This document shows positions 26,509-28,209 of a stretch of DNA of 28,209 nucleotides, in pieces (position 1 is the first letter of the stretch; the number at the start of each line of letters is the position of its first letter). This stretch comes from a virus (lineage: Duplodnaviria > Caudoviricetes). The notes under the pieces are model-generated. The model made no database searches. It was given only the letters and a program-made list of their open reading frames with translations, and was not told the origin of the DNA. The stretch is taken from IMG/VR virus record IMGVR_UViG_3300038673_000236, positions 1 to 28,209 of that record, one strand, 5' to 3'. The translations under genes and the position numbers were made by a program.

Positions 26509-27415
26509 TCGCTATCCTCTCCGTTTTCTCTCGCTCTTTACGCTCACTCTCTGCCCTTGCGGCTTTAATCTTGCGCAGCCACTCGGCCTGTTCCGCCTCT
26601 GTTGGCGCTGTTGAGTCGCTCACCGGAGAGGATCTGCCATTGCGAGCGAGTTGCAGGTAGCTCTCGAACTTTGTTCCGAACAAGGTTTCAGGCCGCAGGA
26701 AGGCACACATCTTGGCATCAGTTGCCCACTCTTCATGCTTCGCACGTATAACCGCCTCAAAATCCGGCAACCTCCAACCTTCATTCCATCTGGCTTTTAT
26801 GTGCCGCCTCGTGGCTTGCGAATCGGCTTTGAACTGGCACCCACAAACTTCGTTCAGTTTGGAAACGATAGCAGCATAAGGAACAGGGGTGGAAGGGGTC
26901 GGGCTATCTTGCCCGACAGAAGACCGAAGGTCTTCTTTATATTCCTGCTCCTGCTCCTGCTCCTGCTCCTGATAAGGCATACTCTTCCCGAAGTCTTTCG
27001 GTAAGGCTTTAACAAAGGCTTTCCCAAGGCTTTCGGCACACTCGCAAGCTGCCGTTATTGCTTGATAAAGCAGATTGCACTCTGGAAGGTTGTCAACGCT
27101 ATTTACCCACGCTTTTACAACATTTGGCGACTCCGGCCGGTTGTACTTCATGAAGTTCGGGAGCCAGAAAAATGAAGCCTCCTCATCATGCTTTGCCATG
27201 CCCTTCGACAAGGCTTCGCGAAAGGCTTCGCGAAAGGCTTTCTCTGTCCATCCTATTTCTGCGGCAAGCCCTGGGATAGTTCCGCGCATCGCGCCCAATG
27301 CCGTGGTGTTTGGGTGTGTAAGCAGGAAGAAAAAAACGAGTTTTCCGTCATCTGAAAGCCCCCTGAATTTCGCATCATTCCAGATTCTTGGGTCAACCTT
27401 TCGATACTTGGCCAT
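26489..27415 (-). CDS. Phage replication initiator with conserved C-terminal domain (Phg_2220_C-like)
   Basis: YRKV.P.IW.D.KF N-terminus; QEQE linker; IKARW.EG....DF..VI...W..D.KM..FLRPETLFGTKFESYL; GGAGG RBS. Confidence 0.88.
   Translation of the reverse strand: MAKYRKVDPRIWNDAKFRGLSDDGKLVFFFLLTHPNTTALGAMRGTIPGLAAEIGWTEKAFREAFREALSKGMAKHDEEASFFWLPNFMKYNRPESPNVVKAWVNSVDNLPECNLLYQAITAACECAESLGKAFVKALPKDFGKSMPYQEQEQEQEQEYKEDLRSSVGQDSPTPSTPVPYAAIVSKLNEVCGCQFKADSQATRRHIKARWNEGWRLPDFEAVIRAKHEEWATDAKMCAFLRPETLFGTKFESYLQLARNGRSSPVSDSTAPTEAEQAEWLRKIKAARAESERKEREKTERIANAAPSQ
27003..27240. repeat. Iteron-like AAGGCTT repeats within rep (putative origin)
   Basis: AAGGCTTT at 27003, 27015 and 27026; AAGGCTT at 27210, 27222 and 27234. 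Confidence 0.55.
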
Positions 27416-27431
27416 TATGTGAGAACCTCCG

Positions 27432-28161
27432 TTACCTACTCAACATTAACCACGCGGCTGCCGCTTGGATCGGCACTTGCCCGTTGCCACACGCTTTAAC
27501 GCGCGCTCCTTTGGTGCATCCGTCCATCTGAGTGGCCACCCCATCCACCATTCCGCAAATTCCGGCGTCAGGCGGTGACCAACTGTATGTGCCAGTGTAT
27601 CCCGCAGCGGCTTGGATCGTTTCAGCACTTGCTTTTGATAGCCCGCCTCGCTGTGTGGCGATTTGTAGTCGCTGGCGCAGAGCGTCGGCAGGCGAAATAA
27701 AGCACCAGTCAGTTTGTAATTTCCCCGACTGTCCCTTGAATTTGGTCCACCGTGATCGGCATCCGATGACAGCAATGTCGGTAGCAAATGTTTCATCGCC
27801 CCGGGTAGGCGAGACATTGTTTTCGGTGTGACCTTCGCACCTCCAGAACGCTTGCTGTCCACGCTGCAAAGAGTGGGCAGACGTTTCAATCGTGTTGCCA
27901 GACCATCCCCACTCTTCTCTCCGCTGCCTTTCCTGTTCCAGTTGCTGGTGACCGTCAAGGTTGGCAGCGAGCAACCACCAGCGATCACGCTTGTGACCTG
28001 CTCCGACAGCAGCAGCGGTAAGCGTTCCGTCTTTCCAGGAATCGGCAACAGGATTCTTCCCACTCGACGGCGAGCACTGGCCGGTGTCCGAGGATGAGGT
28101 CTGCGAGCAATCCGCCGCCAGCTCCGGCGAATAGGTGAGCTGTGCGTAATCCTCCATTCAA
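27432..28161 (-). pseudogene. C5-cytosine DNA methyltransferase alpha-type gene with an out-of-frame internal deletion
   Basis: TTG 28161 frame gives LFAGAGG...AVE (motifs I-II) and stops at 27985; motifs VIII (VGAGHKRDRWW) and X (KACGNGQVP) are in another frame; no PC or ENV motif seen. Confidence 0.85.
27446..28063 (-). CDS. Overlapping-frame C5-MTase beta-type polypeptide (4 LPTL TRD-like repeats plus motif IX), probably 5'-decapitated
   Basis: LPTL x4 and RLTPEFAEWWMGWP..WT. Confidence 0.75.
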   Translation of the reverse strand: MGRILLPIPGKTERLPLLLSEQVTSVIAGGCSLPTLTVTSNWNRKGSGEKSGDGLATRLKRLPTLCSVDSKRSGGAKVTPKTMSRLPGAMKHLLPTLLSSDADHGGPNSRDSRGNYKLTGALFRLPTLCASDYKSPHSEAGYQKQVLKRSKPLRDTLAHTVGHRLTPEFAEWWMGWPLRWTDAPKERALKRVATGKCRSKRQPRG

Positions 28162-28208
28162 AACAACCTCCCTTGCACCGGCTTTTCCCCTTCTTTCTTC
28201 TTGACCGA
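28158..28208 (-). CDS. 3' end of the upstream gene (...KPVQGRLF*), truncated by window
   Basis: Open frame whose stop overlaps the MTase starts. Confidence 0.4.
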   Translation of the reverse strand, partial: SVKKKEGEKPVQGRLF

Positions 28209-28209
28209 T

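Larger units (their letters stand above)
1..28209 (-). mobile_element. Temperate HK97/lambda-like siphovirus genome segment (integrase-attP-lysis-tail-head-packaging-accessory-replication)
   Basis: Contiguous syntenic terminase, portal, protease, HK97 capsid, neck, tail tube, tail chaperones, tape measure, tail tip and endolysin genes; no host housekeeping genes anywhere in the window. Confidence 0.97.

Noticed and set aside
25077-28023. GCTTACC arm motif recurring in attC2 L' and near the MTase deletion junction
   Set aside because: A 7-mer is expected a few times by chance in 28 kb; these are isolated single copies

Overview
The whole window is the genome of a temperate HK97/lambda-like tailed phage, almost entirely on the minus strand. 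Reading right to left it contains: a broken two-frame C5 DNA methyltransferase, a replication initiator with iteron-like repeats, a nin-like accessory region, HNH/cos/terminase, an HK97-type head, neck and long non-contractile tail, and a lysis cassette. It ends in what looks like an intact attP (3' half of tRNA-Pro(CGG) with arm-type repeats on both sides) next to the 3' end of a tyrosine integrase. The most striking feature is in the accessory region (23652-25739). Four canonical integron attC sites delimit four gene cassettes whose ends match pairwise. All cassette genes are antisense to the normal cassette orientation, so they are co-oriented with phage transcription, and no intI is present in the window. 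Several genes carry apparent internal deletions or 1-nt frameshifts. Product calls rest on motif recognition and synteny only; no database searches were run.
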